Positions 26,390 through 41,377 of a stretch of DNA of 64,000 nt are shown in pieces. The translations under genes and the position numbers were made by a program. Below the pieces are notes generated by a model that saw only the letters and a program-made list of their open reading frames with translations, had not been told where the DNA came from and searched no databases. The DNA is from the human T2T-CHM13v2.0 reference genome, Homo sapiens, in NCBI RefSeq assembly GCF_009914755.1, contig NC_060937.1, one strand, 5' to 3'. Each line of letters opens with the position of its first letter. Within the stretch, counting starts at the first letter, position 1.

Positions 26390-26695
26390 GGTGGCCTTAC
26401 ACTCAAATGATGCCTCCTTAGAGCTGCCCACCTGACCTCTGTAAGGGACATAGTCTCTTCCACCTTCCCCGTTACTTTCTGTCAGCTTATTCTATTCCAT
26501 TTTTCACCATTGCTCTTATCAAAACCTGATATATTTTTATGTTTATTCCTTTCTTTATTATCTGCCTACCACTAGAATGTAAGCTCCCTCAGGCCAATAA
26601 CTTCATAGGTTTTACTTCTATTTCCCTGGCATCTAGGAAAGGGCTTGGCAAAATGCTCAAAGGACTTATGAGTGTGTGAGTGAGTCAGTGAATGC
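26390..26695 (+). mobile_element. L2 3' end
   Basis: ccactagaatgtaagctccct...tccctggcatctag...gagtgagtcagtgaatg tail. Confidence 0.7.
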
Positions 26696-26998
26696 ACAGC
26701 GTTGCCATGGTTAAACCAGTGATTCATACCTCATTTCTTTCCCCTTCCTCTTTTATTTTAAAGAAATTATAGGACACCACTGAGCCCTAAACACAGATAA
26801 AACATCAGTATTAAGATATCTATTGAGCTGCAGTATTCTTACTTGGTGTAATGATGTGGGGTGAGATTTATGATTACTATTGGGTGAGTTTCATAAGAGA
26901 ATTAAAAGAAAATCTTAGAGCTAAAGTAGCTGGAAGGATGAATGGGTAGAAATACTAATTACTGCTAGAAATACTCGTGACTGAATAAAAATATATGC

Positions 26999-27476
<478 letters not shown>

Positions 27477-30400
27477 GGTAGTTTACTATATCTATTTTTC
27501 CTTTTAGTAAAGGGAAATCAGCATGGAATCATGTTACATTTATTTATTTATTTACATATAAATGTCTACCATCAGAAAAAAAAACAGTTGGGATAAATTG
27601 TTAAGCCCTCTAATTTAGAAGGATGGGAATGTTTTTTACATTTAATCATTGACTGCCAAAAAATAAGAGTCTGCACATGATATTCCCGGGTCACAGACTT
27701 TAAAGGAATAGTGATTTTTGCTTGCTTTTACTACTAATGAATTTCAAGAGTTAGACAGGATGTGTAATTTGAGTGGGATGCCTAACATTATGGAAAGAGA
27801 GACAGGCATTTTTTTTTTTTTCTCCACCAGAAGCCTGGATCTCTTAATATGGGGATATGCTGTGTTTAAGAGGAACTTGGAGGGTGACAAACAGAGGAGG
27901 AAAATAGACCGAATTTGCTTAAGGAGAAGATAGATGAGGTGGAAAGTGAAAATTCTGTTTTTTTTTTCCTTTTTCCTTTGACTAGAAGGTTTAGTTTTCC
28001 AAACTGCCTTGTAGGATTGAGTAAAGATTATTGGTAAACCGTTCTGGGAACTTCAATGGAGAAGGAAGGTCAAAGCACCAGGGGTGACCAGTGGGAGGGA
28101 AAGGAGACCTTTACTGAGGGCTCAGCTCTGTGTTTCTACTGCTGGTGAATGTCTATCACATTATGACTTTCTCCTTTTCTGTAATGGCACTTATAGAGAC
28201 AATGAAAAGGTAATGGGACCTCAATATAGTGTACTCTAGAGACCCAGCTGAAGTGGTGAAGTAGCTTCTAAGACTCAAAAACACATCAAATGGATCACGT
28301 TTGCTGCCTTTCGGTGTGTTATGGGCAGGAGTGGAAAGAGACTGAGAATGTTCAACAAGTAGCTCCAAGAACTTTAAAGGCATTTAGTTTCCATTTCTGG
28401 GGTGTCTGCTAAGTTACATACATTAGTCAATGTTTTAAAGCCATATTTTTAAATCCTTTTTTTCCCCAGAAGATTGATCTTTATTATCTTTTAATGATAT
28501 GTGTCCAAAATATGTTTGTTAAAAATAGCCTTTTGTCAGCTTGCATGTATAGTTTTTTTTTCTTTTTGTTTAATTACTGTCATTAAAAAAAAAAAATCTT
28601 GGGGACATTGGTGTCTTAGTTCTTTGTTTCCTTATAAGGGCATTTACCTTCACAGCCACTCAGGTCACTGCTATTTTTATATAAACTCTGTGGAAAGTCA
28701 CCAGTATATCACAATTCTCTTGGTCTCCTCCTTGAGATCTTTTTGTGGCTACTTAAATAAATACTATGTGTCTTTTATTATGGGGAAGAATCTGCTTTAT
28801 CATGGGTAGTGTGCCTGGTAATCAAGGAACAACTTTTACCAACTTTGCTATGTGCTGTATCACCAAGTTTGTTATAATGATATAGAAAAAAGGGAGTTCA
28901 TCATGGAGCAGTGCTAAAATACCAGAAATTATAATAATAATATACTGCCATTTAAATTAGGAGCAGTGTAATTTAGAGCCATAGGGAATATGAAATGTTA
29001 TTTAGAAAACGATTATCCTCTCCTACAAGTCTAATAACTATCTTCTAAGCCATAACTTTAGTATAAATTTAACTTGTCCTTTTTCAGGGACGTAGTAGAG
29101 AGATTTTAAATGATATAATTACAACCAATGTCACTCCCCATAACTGATGTCTACCTGGATCAGATTGATTGTGAGTCTTGATGACAAATGCCAGCTACTT
29201 TTGGTCACTGGAGAAAGGCCATATTTCTCAAGTATGATTTGACTTTCAGTAAAATAAATCCACGACTTGGTTGTACACTAATGGAAAGACCTTTCAGGAG
29301 TAAGTGTTGCTTTGTACAGTACAGGTTTTTAATTTGATCCTTTTCAGATACTAAGATAAATACATAAGCATATGCATTCGTTTTGTTAAAGAGAAAACAT
29401 TTAAGCATAATTCAACATGCACTTCTTGCCATGGCTCTTTTTGAGTTTCAACTTGTCTAATGATTCTGCCACCCCCTCAGGGTGGGTTTTCATTTCTTGG
29501 GGTTCTTTTTCTTAGCTTTTAAGATTTAGTGGCCTATACTAAGGGGCACTTATCTTGCTACAAGATAGCATGTTTCATTGGCTACATTCACCCTGGCAGA
29601 TGAGTTACGGCAGATTCTTTAATATATATATTTTGCTTTTTTCCTATAGATGGACCCTCATAGTGTTTTGACAGTTAAAAAGGATGGGGGGTTATTGAAC
29701 GTCTAGTTTCTCAGCTGCTGAGCTGTATTTTTTGAGCTATATATCAGCAAAATTACCCAGCTCTCTTACAGAAGGTGTTCTGTTGCCAGATGGTACTCTG
29801 TAGGAAACAACTTCTTAGTTTTCTTAAATCAGGATTTATAGTGAAATAGAATAACACTTACATATAGGAGGCTTAGGTGTCTCTGGAAATCTTGGAGTCT
29901 CAAATATCCTTTTCTCTCTCTGTCTTCATTGTATCCTGTTCAATTAAGCTGATAACTAAATGTCTACACTGCTATTCAATAACTGAGGGGCGTATTCTTA
30001 GCAATTTTCATTGTACTGCCTGCTTTGTGACCAGACTGAAAGGTTCAGCTCCAATTGCAACATTAGCCTGGCAACTACGACCAATCATTACCAATGATTT
30101 TTGACCCCCCTAATTGTTTTTTACTTTATTGAGCTTATTCGGAAACAATGAAACTCCATCCTGCCTTTTCTTAAAAGATATTTGCACAAAGTGCAGTTGC
30201 TGTTTCTTCTATAAACTCATCAGCATTGCCTTAAGGAGGCCCCTTAATTATCGATTTTCTACTCTAGCTAATAGATCTCCTAATTTGCAGAAATACCCCA
30301 ATGCAAGGTTTTAACAATTAGAAAATTACAAAAGGAAGTCCCAAAGGACCCTTAGCTTCTACACATACTGATGGCTCAGCATCATACTTCCTGCTGGAAG

Positions 30401-30828
30401 CTGGGGAACCAGACGGCCAGGGAGAGAATATAAAACACAAAATTAAATATATGGGCAATGTTTCCTTTTTTCCCAAGTTTTGCACTTGTTTCAAAGCAAT
30501 GTCTTCTCACTTGGATTGAAAATGGCACTTTTTCACTAACCGTAGTGAAATATTTTTTACATGAAGTACTATGGTAGTTATTTTACACCCACATCCATAA
30601 CACAGGGAAGACACCGGTCAGGTTTCACTAAACCCTTTGGGAAGATATGTGTGATTAGCTGTTACATTCTTCCATGCCTTAAAATCTAAACCCGTGTATT
30701 TTAAGCAAATATTGATTGTTTTTCATAATATCAAAATTGTCTTGGGCTGTAGTTTTCATACAGAAGATTCTTGGAGTTTAGAACATACCTTTCTATGCTG
30801 CCTAATCATTTATTGTTAATTAAATTTG

Positions 30829-31226
<398 letters not shown>

Positions 31227-31834
31227 AAATTTGCTATAATTTTGTGACCCGTTTGAGAACATTAGCATTGCCAGAGTACCAAGTATTTTAGTAATACAAC
31301 ATTCAGTTTTGACATCTTTTAAAATGCTAGTTTGCTTGTGATTAAATCCCAAGCTTGAAAATATATGTTGCATATGTTAGAAAGCTATTGCACAAATAAG
31401 GACTTAGACCTGTTCTCTCTCTCTCTCTCTCTCTCTTTTTTCTTTTTTGTTTTTGCTCATCCCCAGATTCCCTCAATTTTCCACCTAGAATTTGTCATAT
31501 TCTTTTTTGCTTAATGATCTTCAGCATGTTCCATTGTCCCTAGAGAATGGCATTCAAGACCCCATGATATACTCCTGCCACTGGAAACACTTTCTCTCCA
31601 TCCCTGCCCACGCTCTCTTAAGAGTTGTGGTTCATAGAAAGTCAACATTAATTTTTTTTTTCTTATTCCTTCCTCACTTTTTATATAGCAAGGCTCAGCA
31701 CAGTGTGTTATGTATAGCAGAGACTCAGTAAACTTTGGTGGAACTTAAAAAAAAGAGTTGTCTCTCTTTATGACATTTTCATTTTAGTAATCTCTGATAT
31801 TAAACTCACATTTATGCTGTTTAGTCATGTTCTC

Positions 31835-32175
31835 CTGAATGGAACCCCTTCCCCTAACTTTTCCAAACATCGAAATTGCTCCTGCAAGGATCCTTTCAAA
31901 TATTACTACCTCTATAAAGTTTTATTTCTACCTGTGATTTTATTTCACCAGAAAATATCATTTTCTTTCTTGTATTCTAATAGCATTTTATGCTTGTAAC
32001 TGTCATGGAGCTCATGGAATTTGATCATCAGCATGCATTTACTTGCACGCCTTCCACATTGGACCATGAGTTCCTATAGAAAGTGGCCCAGCCTTACTCA
32101 TTCTTAGGTTTCTTTTATATGGCTTAGAACCCCACACATATTATAGTAAGTATTCAATAAATGCTGATTGAAGGA
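31835..32175 (+). mobile_element. L2 3' end
   Basis: ggaccatgagttcct...tagtaagtattcaataaatgctgattgaa terminus. Confidence 0.6.
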
Positions 32176-32394
32176 ACTGGAACCTTGGTGATTATGTGGT
32201 TATTGCCTTTATTGTTTTGTAAGTGAATAAAAACAATGTTGCTCTAAGAATTCATTTGGTGATTACCTCAATGTCCTCATCAGCCCCTGATAGTTCCTCT
32301 CTTAGGTTATTGGTTTCCTGCTTTCTATTCAAATGTAATACAAACTTAAAAGTTAATGAAACATATTTTCAAGTTGGTGAGGCTGATAGGTCCA

Positions 32395-32500
32395 GAATTA
32401 TTTCCTCCATTTTACAGATACAGGATAAAAGGCTCAAGTGATGCAAACCAAGTTATAGGTAGAAAAGCAAGTACTTGAGTTAAGACCTGCTCTACTCTAA
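32395..32500 (-). mobile_element. MIR fragment
   Basis: ctccattttacagat core. Confidence 0.55.
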
Positions 32501-32580
32501 CCCTTCAGAGTCATTTAGTAATCACTGGAAGTTCCACTGTGAATCTGGTCTTGTTTCTCCATGTGGTATTAGGTAATTTT

Positions 32581-33661
<1,081 letters not shown>

Positions 33662-34065
33662 TTAGGGAATTTTAGATGTCTTACTGGTAAAGTATAACTT
33701 TTAATTATTTTCCAAGCTAAAGGAAGAGTCATGTGTTAATCTATCCCTGATGGAAAATAAATGCCTTAGGGAACTTGTCCTATATAGTTTGGGAAAAGTA
33801 GCTTAGCCTTTACACCTACTTTATATCCTGGAGAAGAAATTGAGGTAGAGGTGAACTTGACCTACTGGTATCAACATTTGCTCCCATCCCGAACTAAACA
33901 CACAATGGTAAAGGTCATCTGAAATTGTTAGTTTTTATTTATTTTTTAGTAATAAAACATGTGTTTATTGTAGAAATGTTAGGGAACTTAAGAATATTTA
34001 AAGAATTATCAAATGTTAATTATCCATAGATAGGAATTCACTATTAACCTTTTAATAATAAAACT

Positions 34066-34630
<565 letters not shown>

Positions 34631-34779
34631 TTCCATCTCCAGTCTTTTTATTTTTATGCACATGCTTTTAAAAATTTCACAACCTTCCCTTATTATGCAA
34701 CTTTTCATCCTACATTTTCCATTTAAGGGTATAACAAAGCATACTTTACATACTAAATATTCTTTAGAATATGAATTTA

Positions 34780-35290
34780 ATTACATTAAGCCATCATTTG
34801 CAATTATCCTTCATCATTTGTTTCCAACCTTTGACTATTGTAAACTATACTTTGATAAACATTTATACTTATATTTGGATGATGTGCTTGGGATAGATCC
34901 CCAGAGGAATTACTGGATCAAATTATATAATTATTTTAAGGATTTTGAGTTATTTATATTTAAAAATATCCTTATTGAGGTATAATTCACATCCTGTACA
35001 GTTCACACATTTGAAGTGGACATTTCAGTCCATCATTTTCCATTTCCATCAGCAATGTACAAAGGTTCCAATTTATCCACATCCTTGTCAACACTTGTTA
35101 TTTTCTTCCTTTTTTTGGTATAGCCATCTAATAAGTGTAAAGTGATATCTCACTGTGGTTTTTATTTAGATTTCCCTAATGATTAATACTATTCAACATT
35201 TTCTCAAGTGCTGAGTCACCATTTGGATATCTTTCTTGAAGAAATATCTGTTCATGTCTTTTGCCCATTTTGAAACAGGGTTGTTTACTT
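34780..35290 (-). mobile_element. Old L1 3' fragments (L1ME-like plus L1MB-like with internal deletion)
   Basis: ttattgaggtataattcacat 3' end joined directly to ccatcagcaatgtacaaaggttcca...gatatctcactgtggttt ORF2-end sequence. Confidence 0.75.
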
Positions 35291-36399
35291 TTAAGGAATT
35301 ATTTGTAAATATTTACCATAGAAAACATTTTAATTGCCTTATATTTTGTACTTGTAACCTCTTTTGCTAGTGGAATTAAAGTTCATTAGGGTCTTTTCTT
35401 CATAAAATGAGCACCCTTTATGTGCCAGGTACTGTGCTGGGTTACAGGACACAAAGTATGTAAAGCTTTCCAGGTGACCACAGCCTAGAGTTGTCTGGTT
35501 TGTTCCTATTGCTGACTAGATAACCATGTTCTTTTCTCCCTCCTCTTTTTTTTTTTCTCTGCTCAAAAGCTATTTTTTTTTCCTAAAAAGTCCTACTCAA
35601 CTTGGAAGCCTGTCCTTTGCCAAGTATAATTATATGGTATTTTATGACCCTGTACAGAGTGTGAAATGTATATTCTTAGCACAAACTGGCAGCATTCCTA
35701 ACACTGTAAGATGCTGCTAAGGTATCTGAAAGGGATTATATGAAACTAAGCATTTTTAATACTTTGGAACCAGTGTTGATTCTTCCAATAGTAAATTTGT
35801 TCTGGGTTCCCTTCTGGTTTGCTCTGTGCCAGCCCCCATTTCAGCACTTTCAAACTACATTTAGGCAGTAGCTTTTCAGTACACCTTGAATTAGTCCCAA
35901 AACACACTGGAGCATGGAGTGATAATGAAATAGTATAACCAGAGAGAAAGATAGCATATTAATAGAACCACCCACAAGAAAGACCAAGTCCACTGAAGCA
36001 AAAACGTATGTTCTTTTTACGTTTAAAAATCTCATCACAGTCTCTCCCATTAAGCTTTCCTTGCAGAGTTTTCAAACTAAGGAGTCACATTTGGATCTGG
36101 TCTGGGATGGAGTGCTCTCTGGGGAGGCAAGTCTGCTCAGAATGAGTAATGGTGATTTGAGAAGTGGTGTGCTTTGTTTCATATGCTACAAACTCCACTT
36201 GTCTTTTCAGAAATCAACTGTGCAATATCTTCATTTTCTTTCTTACTGTCTTCTGGCTGTAGCAAGGGAGGAGTGTTGAGGACATGAGTAGTCTGCTTTA
36301 ACTTGTGAATCTGCACCCCTTACCCTGAGCTAGAGCAATAGCCAGGTGAGTGCAGGGTTTGTCTCAAGTATGACATTATATTAGGGTATGGCATGTGTG

Positions 36400-36650
36400 G
36401 AATAATCATTAATTAATGGCAGCTAGCATGCACTGAACACTTGCTATAATTTAAACCAGGTCCTATGCCAGATACTTGACATGAATTATCTCATTTAATG
36501 TTCCCATTACCCTCGAGAGGCAGAGAGTTACTATCTGCATTCTAAAGACTTGACTAATGTTTCTAAGATCACAAGATGATGAGGTGATAGAATTGGGATT
36601 AAAAATTGAGCCTGTCTGAGGGCAAAGCCTGTGTACTTGACTATGTATTA
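36400..36650 (-). mobile_element. MIR
   Basis: attatctcatttaat...ctaagatcaca...gaattgggatt. Confidence 0.7.
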
Positions 36651-36830
36651 GACAATTGTCTTCAGAGAGTGCTTTTGTTGATTCAGTCCCACTGGCTACT
36701 AATGGTATTCCATGATGCCAATCTTCTTTTAGTGTTTCGCAAATCATTATCTCAGGCCAGAAAGAGAAACTGAAGAAACCTTTCTTCAATGGTTACCGTG
36801 ATCAGTTCCCTCTCCCCACATCTCTCTCCT

Positions 36831-36868
36831 ACACACACACACAGACACACACACACACACACACACAC
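36831..36868. repeat. (CA)n microsatellite
   Basis: Seen directly; one interruption. Confidence 0.95.
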
Positions 36869-37049
36869 GTGCACACAAGCAAGGAATTTCTCTCACATTC
36901 ACCGTGGTCTCTCATTCTTTCTCTTTTCATGTGCATGATCTGAAATACCCAAGGGGAGTGTCCTTGATGGTGCGTGTTCTGAATGGAAAACCTGAAAGTG
37001 CCGGAAACTGGGAGTGAGCCCTTAGAAGGGCTTGTGCATCTTCTCTTCA

Positions 37050-37250
37050 TACACCTATTGCAATTTGTAATCTTACTCTTTGTGTTCACTTGTTTTAACA
37101 CTGTTCTTCTTTGTCCTGTACTGTAATCTACATGAATGCAGAAACCATGCCTGATTTGTTTCCCCTATGACCCAGTACCTTGTGCAGTGCCTAGCATATG
37201 GCAAGTACTTCATAAATCCGCCTTGAGTGAAGGAAATCAATAAATGAATG
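37050..37250 (+). mobile_element. L2 3' end
   Basis: cccagtaccttgtgcagtgcctagcatatggcaagtactt...aataaatgaatg. Confidence 0.65.
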
Positions 37251-38218
37251 TGTGTGTTCTCTCTGAGAGGATACAACACAGGAATTCACATCCAGGCTTA
37301 AAATAATTATTAATATTTCCTACGCATACACGAGATGCTGAAGTGGACAGAAAGTTTCAGGTGACAAGATCAGAAAAGAAATGTGAGTGTGACTCATGGG
37401 TCTGTCTTTTCATGCTGTTGAACATATTTACACAGGAAGAATGAATTTCTTCCCTCGGTAAGTCCAGAGACTGTGCAACCACGTGGACTTGGTTCTTTCT
37501 GAGGTGTGCCAGTGCCCCTCAAGGCAGTGGTGTTTGATGGGCTTTGTACACATGGCCTCCTGCCCACACCTTCCGAGCTTCCCAAATCAGTGCTGCCTAA
37601 ATGCCTTTGTCCAAAAATGTGCGGATCTCTGTCTTTTGCAGAGGACTGCATGTGTGTTCTACAAGCTTCTTTTAGCTCAGAAGGAATAAATATGTTGCTA
37701 GAACTTAGGGAGTTTCAGGTGACTTGAATACTGATCAGAAGTAGGCAAGATACAATGGGAGTCTTATGTATATAAAACTCAGTAAATTGAAATAATCGCA
37801 TAAAGCTACCTCCCATGAAAGCATATTCTGATTGAACATTTCAGGACTGGCTGAGAAGGTGTTGACCTGCAGGTCTTAAAGTGGTTGACGGGGAGATGCA
37901 GCTAGCCATTTGAGGGCTTGGGGCTACTGCAATCTCTTAGAGATTTGGTTTTCTAAGCTCACCTCTTCCGACCCGAATTATGAATTCTTTCTTCCCTTCC
38001 TTTTTACCGTCTTCCTTTCCTTTTCCTTCCTTTCCTTTTCTTCTTCTCTTTTGTCCCTTTCTTTCTTCTACCATTCAACACATTTTCTTCAGTGCCAACA
38101 AAACTTGGTGTTAGGCACTGGTCAAAAAAAAAAAAAAATACAGAGTCCCTGTTCTCATAGGACTTAGAATCCATTGGGGATACTAAGGATGAAATAAATC
38201 ATCATAGAAATAATTGCA

Positions 38219-38545
38219 GATTACCAGACGTTAGGAAGGGTAGTGGCGGGGACAGGGTGGGGGGAGGTGGGGATGGTTAATGGATGCAAAAATAAAAAGA
38301 ATGAATTATACCAGGTATTTGATAGAACAAGGTGACTACCGTCAAAACAATTTAATTGTGCATTTTAAAATAACTAAAAGAGTATAATTGGGCTGTTTGT
38401 AACACAAACGAATAACACTTGAGGGGATGGATACCTAATTTTCTGTGATAGGATCATGCATTTTATGTCTGTATCAAAATATCTCATGTACCTCGTAGTA
38501 TACCTACTATATACCCAGAAAAATTAAAAATTAAAAACTAAAGAA
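38219..38545 (+). mobile_element. L1MA2/3-like 3' end inserted into an L2
   Basis: aataactaaaagagtataattgg...tgtaacacaaa...cttgaggggatggatacc. Perfect 13-bp TSD agaaataattgca at 38206-38218 and 38546-38558. Confidence 0.88.
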
Positions 38546-38938
38546 AGAAATAATTGCAAAATGTAATAATGTCTTTGAGGGGAAAATAAAAACTTCAGTG
38601 AAATACTCTAAGAGGGGTTTGATGCAGAGCTGGGGGATGTGGGAAAGTAGAGATAGGAAAGTTGAGGAGGGAGGGATGGGTTACAGTTTGCCAAGGACAG
38701 AATTACTTGAGAGGGTGGGAGCAGGACACACCTGTCAGGGCCTCTGGAACAGGAAGAGGTTGGTTTATGGCAGAAATTGAAAGAATGCTCTCATACACAG
38801 CTCACTTTCCTCCTTGCTTTTTGTCTGCATAGCATTATTCAATATGTAGCATAATATAAGTTGAAATCATATATCACCTTTGTGGTCTTCTCCCACCAGA
38901 AATCAGGCATTATGAAGGCAGAAGGGCAGAGGTATTTG

Positions 38939-38940
<2 letters not shown>

Positions 38941-38986
<46 letters not shown>
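38941..38986. repeat. (GT)23 microsatellite within an L2 3' end
   Basis: Perfect dinucleotide run. Confidence 0.97.
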
Positions 38987-38989
<3 letters not shown>

Positions 38990-39476
38990 ACTTTTGTATT
39001 TTTGCTGCCGTATTCCTGGTACCTGGAATAGCACTTGGCAGACAAATGTATGCAAAGTTATTCAAATCCAGTGGGACCAGACCACAGTGAGGACAGTCAA
39101 CAAGGGAGGGCAGGGAATGAGCGCTGTCAGGGAGGGTGGAGTCCAGGTCACTGGGGTTGCTGTAAGCATGTTCTGAATTTATATGTTATCCAAAGTATAA
39201 TAGAAAACACTGCATTAAACCAGACATGTCATATAGTTACCATCTTTTCTTTTTCTAAAAGAGAATTATTGCAATTTATTTCCTTATTAAGTCAATTTAG
39301 ATTAGGTTGCACTAAAAAAAAAAAGCGATATTGTTTCAGACACTAGGATCTACTCTCTTACACAGTGTGATTAGAAACCAGGGAGGATGGGGTTAGAAGG
39401 GTATTGCCAATGCGGTAAAGAGCTGAGGAGAAATCAGCTTCTGAGTGTTATTTTTCTGTCTTCTTCATGAATGGAC

Positions 39477-39497
39477 TTTTTTTTTTTTTTTTTTTTT
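39477..39497. repeat. Poly(T)21
   Basis: Seen directly. Confidence 0.9.
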
Positions 39498-39694
39498 AAT
39501 GAGAGGCATCCAATTTCAAGCTTTTGGAAAGCATTGGCTAGTTTATTTTTTGTGTGTATATTAAATGATCATATATAGTTATTTATTTATATACCTGCCC
39601 TTTGGTTAATATCCATTAACACGGAGCACTAGTCAGATAGAGTAGGTTTTTTCCTTATTTTGCACATGAATAAATTAAGAATAAGGTTGGGGGA

Positions 39695-39920
39695 AGGAAA
39701 CTAACATCTGAGTGTCTACCGAGTGTCTGATGTTTTACATATTTGTCTCATTTAATCCTCATGAAACGCTTTGAGAAAGGCGAGCATTATCTCCCTTAAT
39801 TGGACAAGAGAGTGAATCCCAAATTGGTTAACTAACTGGTCCAGTGTCATAGGACAAGTAAAAGGAAGAGTCAGGATGAGAGGCCAGGTGTTTCTAGTGC
39901 TTAAAATCCATGATTTTTAC
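39695..39920 (-). mobile_element. MIR
   Basis: tgagtgtctacc...tctcatttaatcctca...cattatctccc. Confidence 0.65.
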
Positions 39921-41337
39921 TTCTAGGGGATTTTTTAACAACTTGTGGGAACAGCAGTGCTAATAAGGAATGCAAGTATGTATGGAACCTGGGTCTTCTG
40001 ACTCCTGAACCATTACTGCTTTTTTTCCACTATGAGATAATACATCAGTTACTGCTTCTAATTAATTCTCCAAGTGCCGAGCCAACTTCATAAGCGCTAG
40101 GGCAATGCAGGAGAGAGAGCACTCAAACAAAACTCAGTGTTTGTAGCACGCCGTCCCAGATGTACAGTGCGGCCTTTCACCTTCTTATTCTTAATGAATG
40201 ATTTTCTAATCTGTAAAAGCAGGCCCCTGGATAAGATGCTCTCTGGGGTCCCTTTTATCTCTAGTATTCAATGAAATGTAAAGTTAGCTGCATTTGATGC
40301 ATGAAATATATTCAGTTTTGGAAACAGCTGAGGAAATTGCCATGGCCAGGCCGGTCTGAATTTAGGGCTTGTGTCCTTAGCGCTACACCGTACTGACAGT
40401 AGCCATATGTGCCTTGATTTCTATCTGGAAAGCTCCCAAAATCTAGCAGGTTTGATTGTATACTATTCAACTAACAGCCTTAAAATATGTGTGAGATGAG
40501 CCTTTCCCTCCTGGTCTATTCCACTGGACCCTTTTTGGAGGTCAGTGCTTCACATAATACATGCTCTACGAGAAGTCAATCTCAGCTTGCTTATTGGACC
40601 CATTTTCCAATGTAATATAAATAGATAACTTGATCACTTCCTGTTTTTGTGCCTCCTCAGACACTTGGATAAGACTATGGAAATTGTCTACTAATGAGTA
40701 TACATATCTTGAAAAATCATCGCTTTGAGATAATTTTTTTAAAAAAATTATGTGGATAGTACTTTTAATTAGGAAAAATACACATTTATAAATCTAATTC
40801 TCTAACCACTTAAGAGTTGATTGAAACCTAGGCACATTCTCAATGTCAATAAAAATAAGGATTTAATAAAAGAGACCTGTTAAATGCTTCAACTCCTTAA
40901 AATAGATCAGATATACATAGAATATTTCAATGATCTCATATCTTACTATTATACTGAGAATTAAACCATTACAAAGATATTGACACTTTGGGCCTTCAAA
41001 ACAATAATATTCTCTCAAGCCAAGGTTTTAGGTTCTGATTTAACAAGTTGATTATTGGTCTGAAAACAAGACCTGGTTTCACCCCAGGGTGATTCAATTT
41101 CAGGTCTACACTGGTTGGTCTGGCTCTTCTTTTAGTAAAAGTTCAAGAGCGGTTTTGTGAGGCTTCCTGAAGCTACTCCTTTTCTTGTGCCTTCACTTCC
41201 TTACTCCATAATCCGTTAGGTTTTGACCACGGATACCGTAGACAGCTATTCATTTCATTATACCTTATTAATACCTCATCATAATTAGTGGACTCATATA
41301 GAGATGTCCTCTCCTAAGATGGCATAGTCAATGCTCT

Positions 41338-41377
41338 TTTGTAGATATTTGGTTAAATTTGTAGATATTTGGTTAAA
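41338..41377. repeat. Perfect 20-bp tandem duplication
   Basis: (tttgtagatatttggttaaa)x2. Confidence 0.95.

Noticed and set aside
40730-40751. 22-bp AT-only palindrome ataatttttttaaaaaaattat
   Set aside because: Low-complexity T7A7 core.
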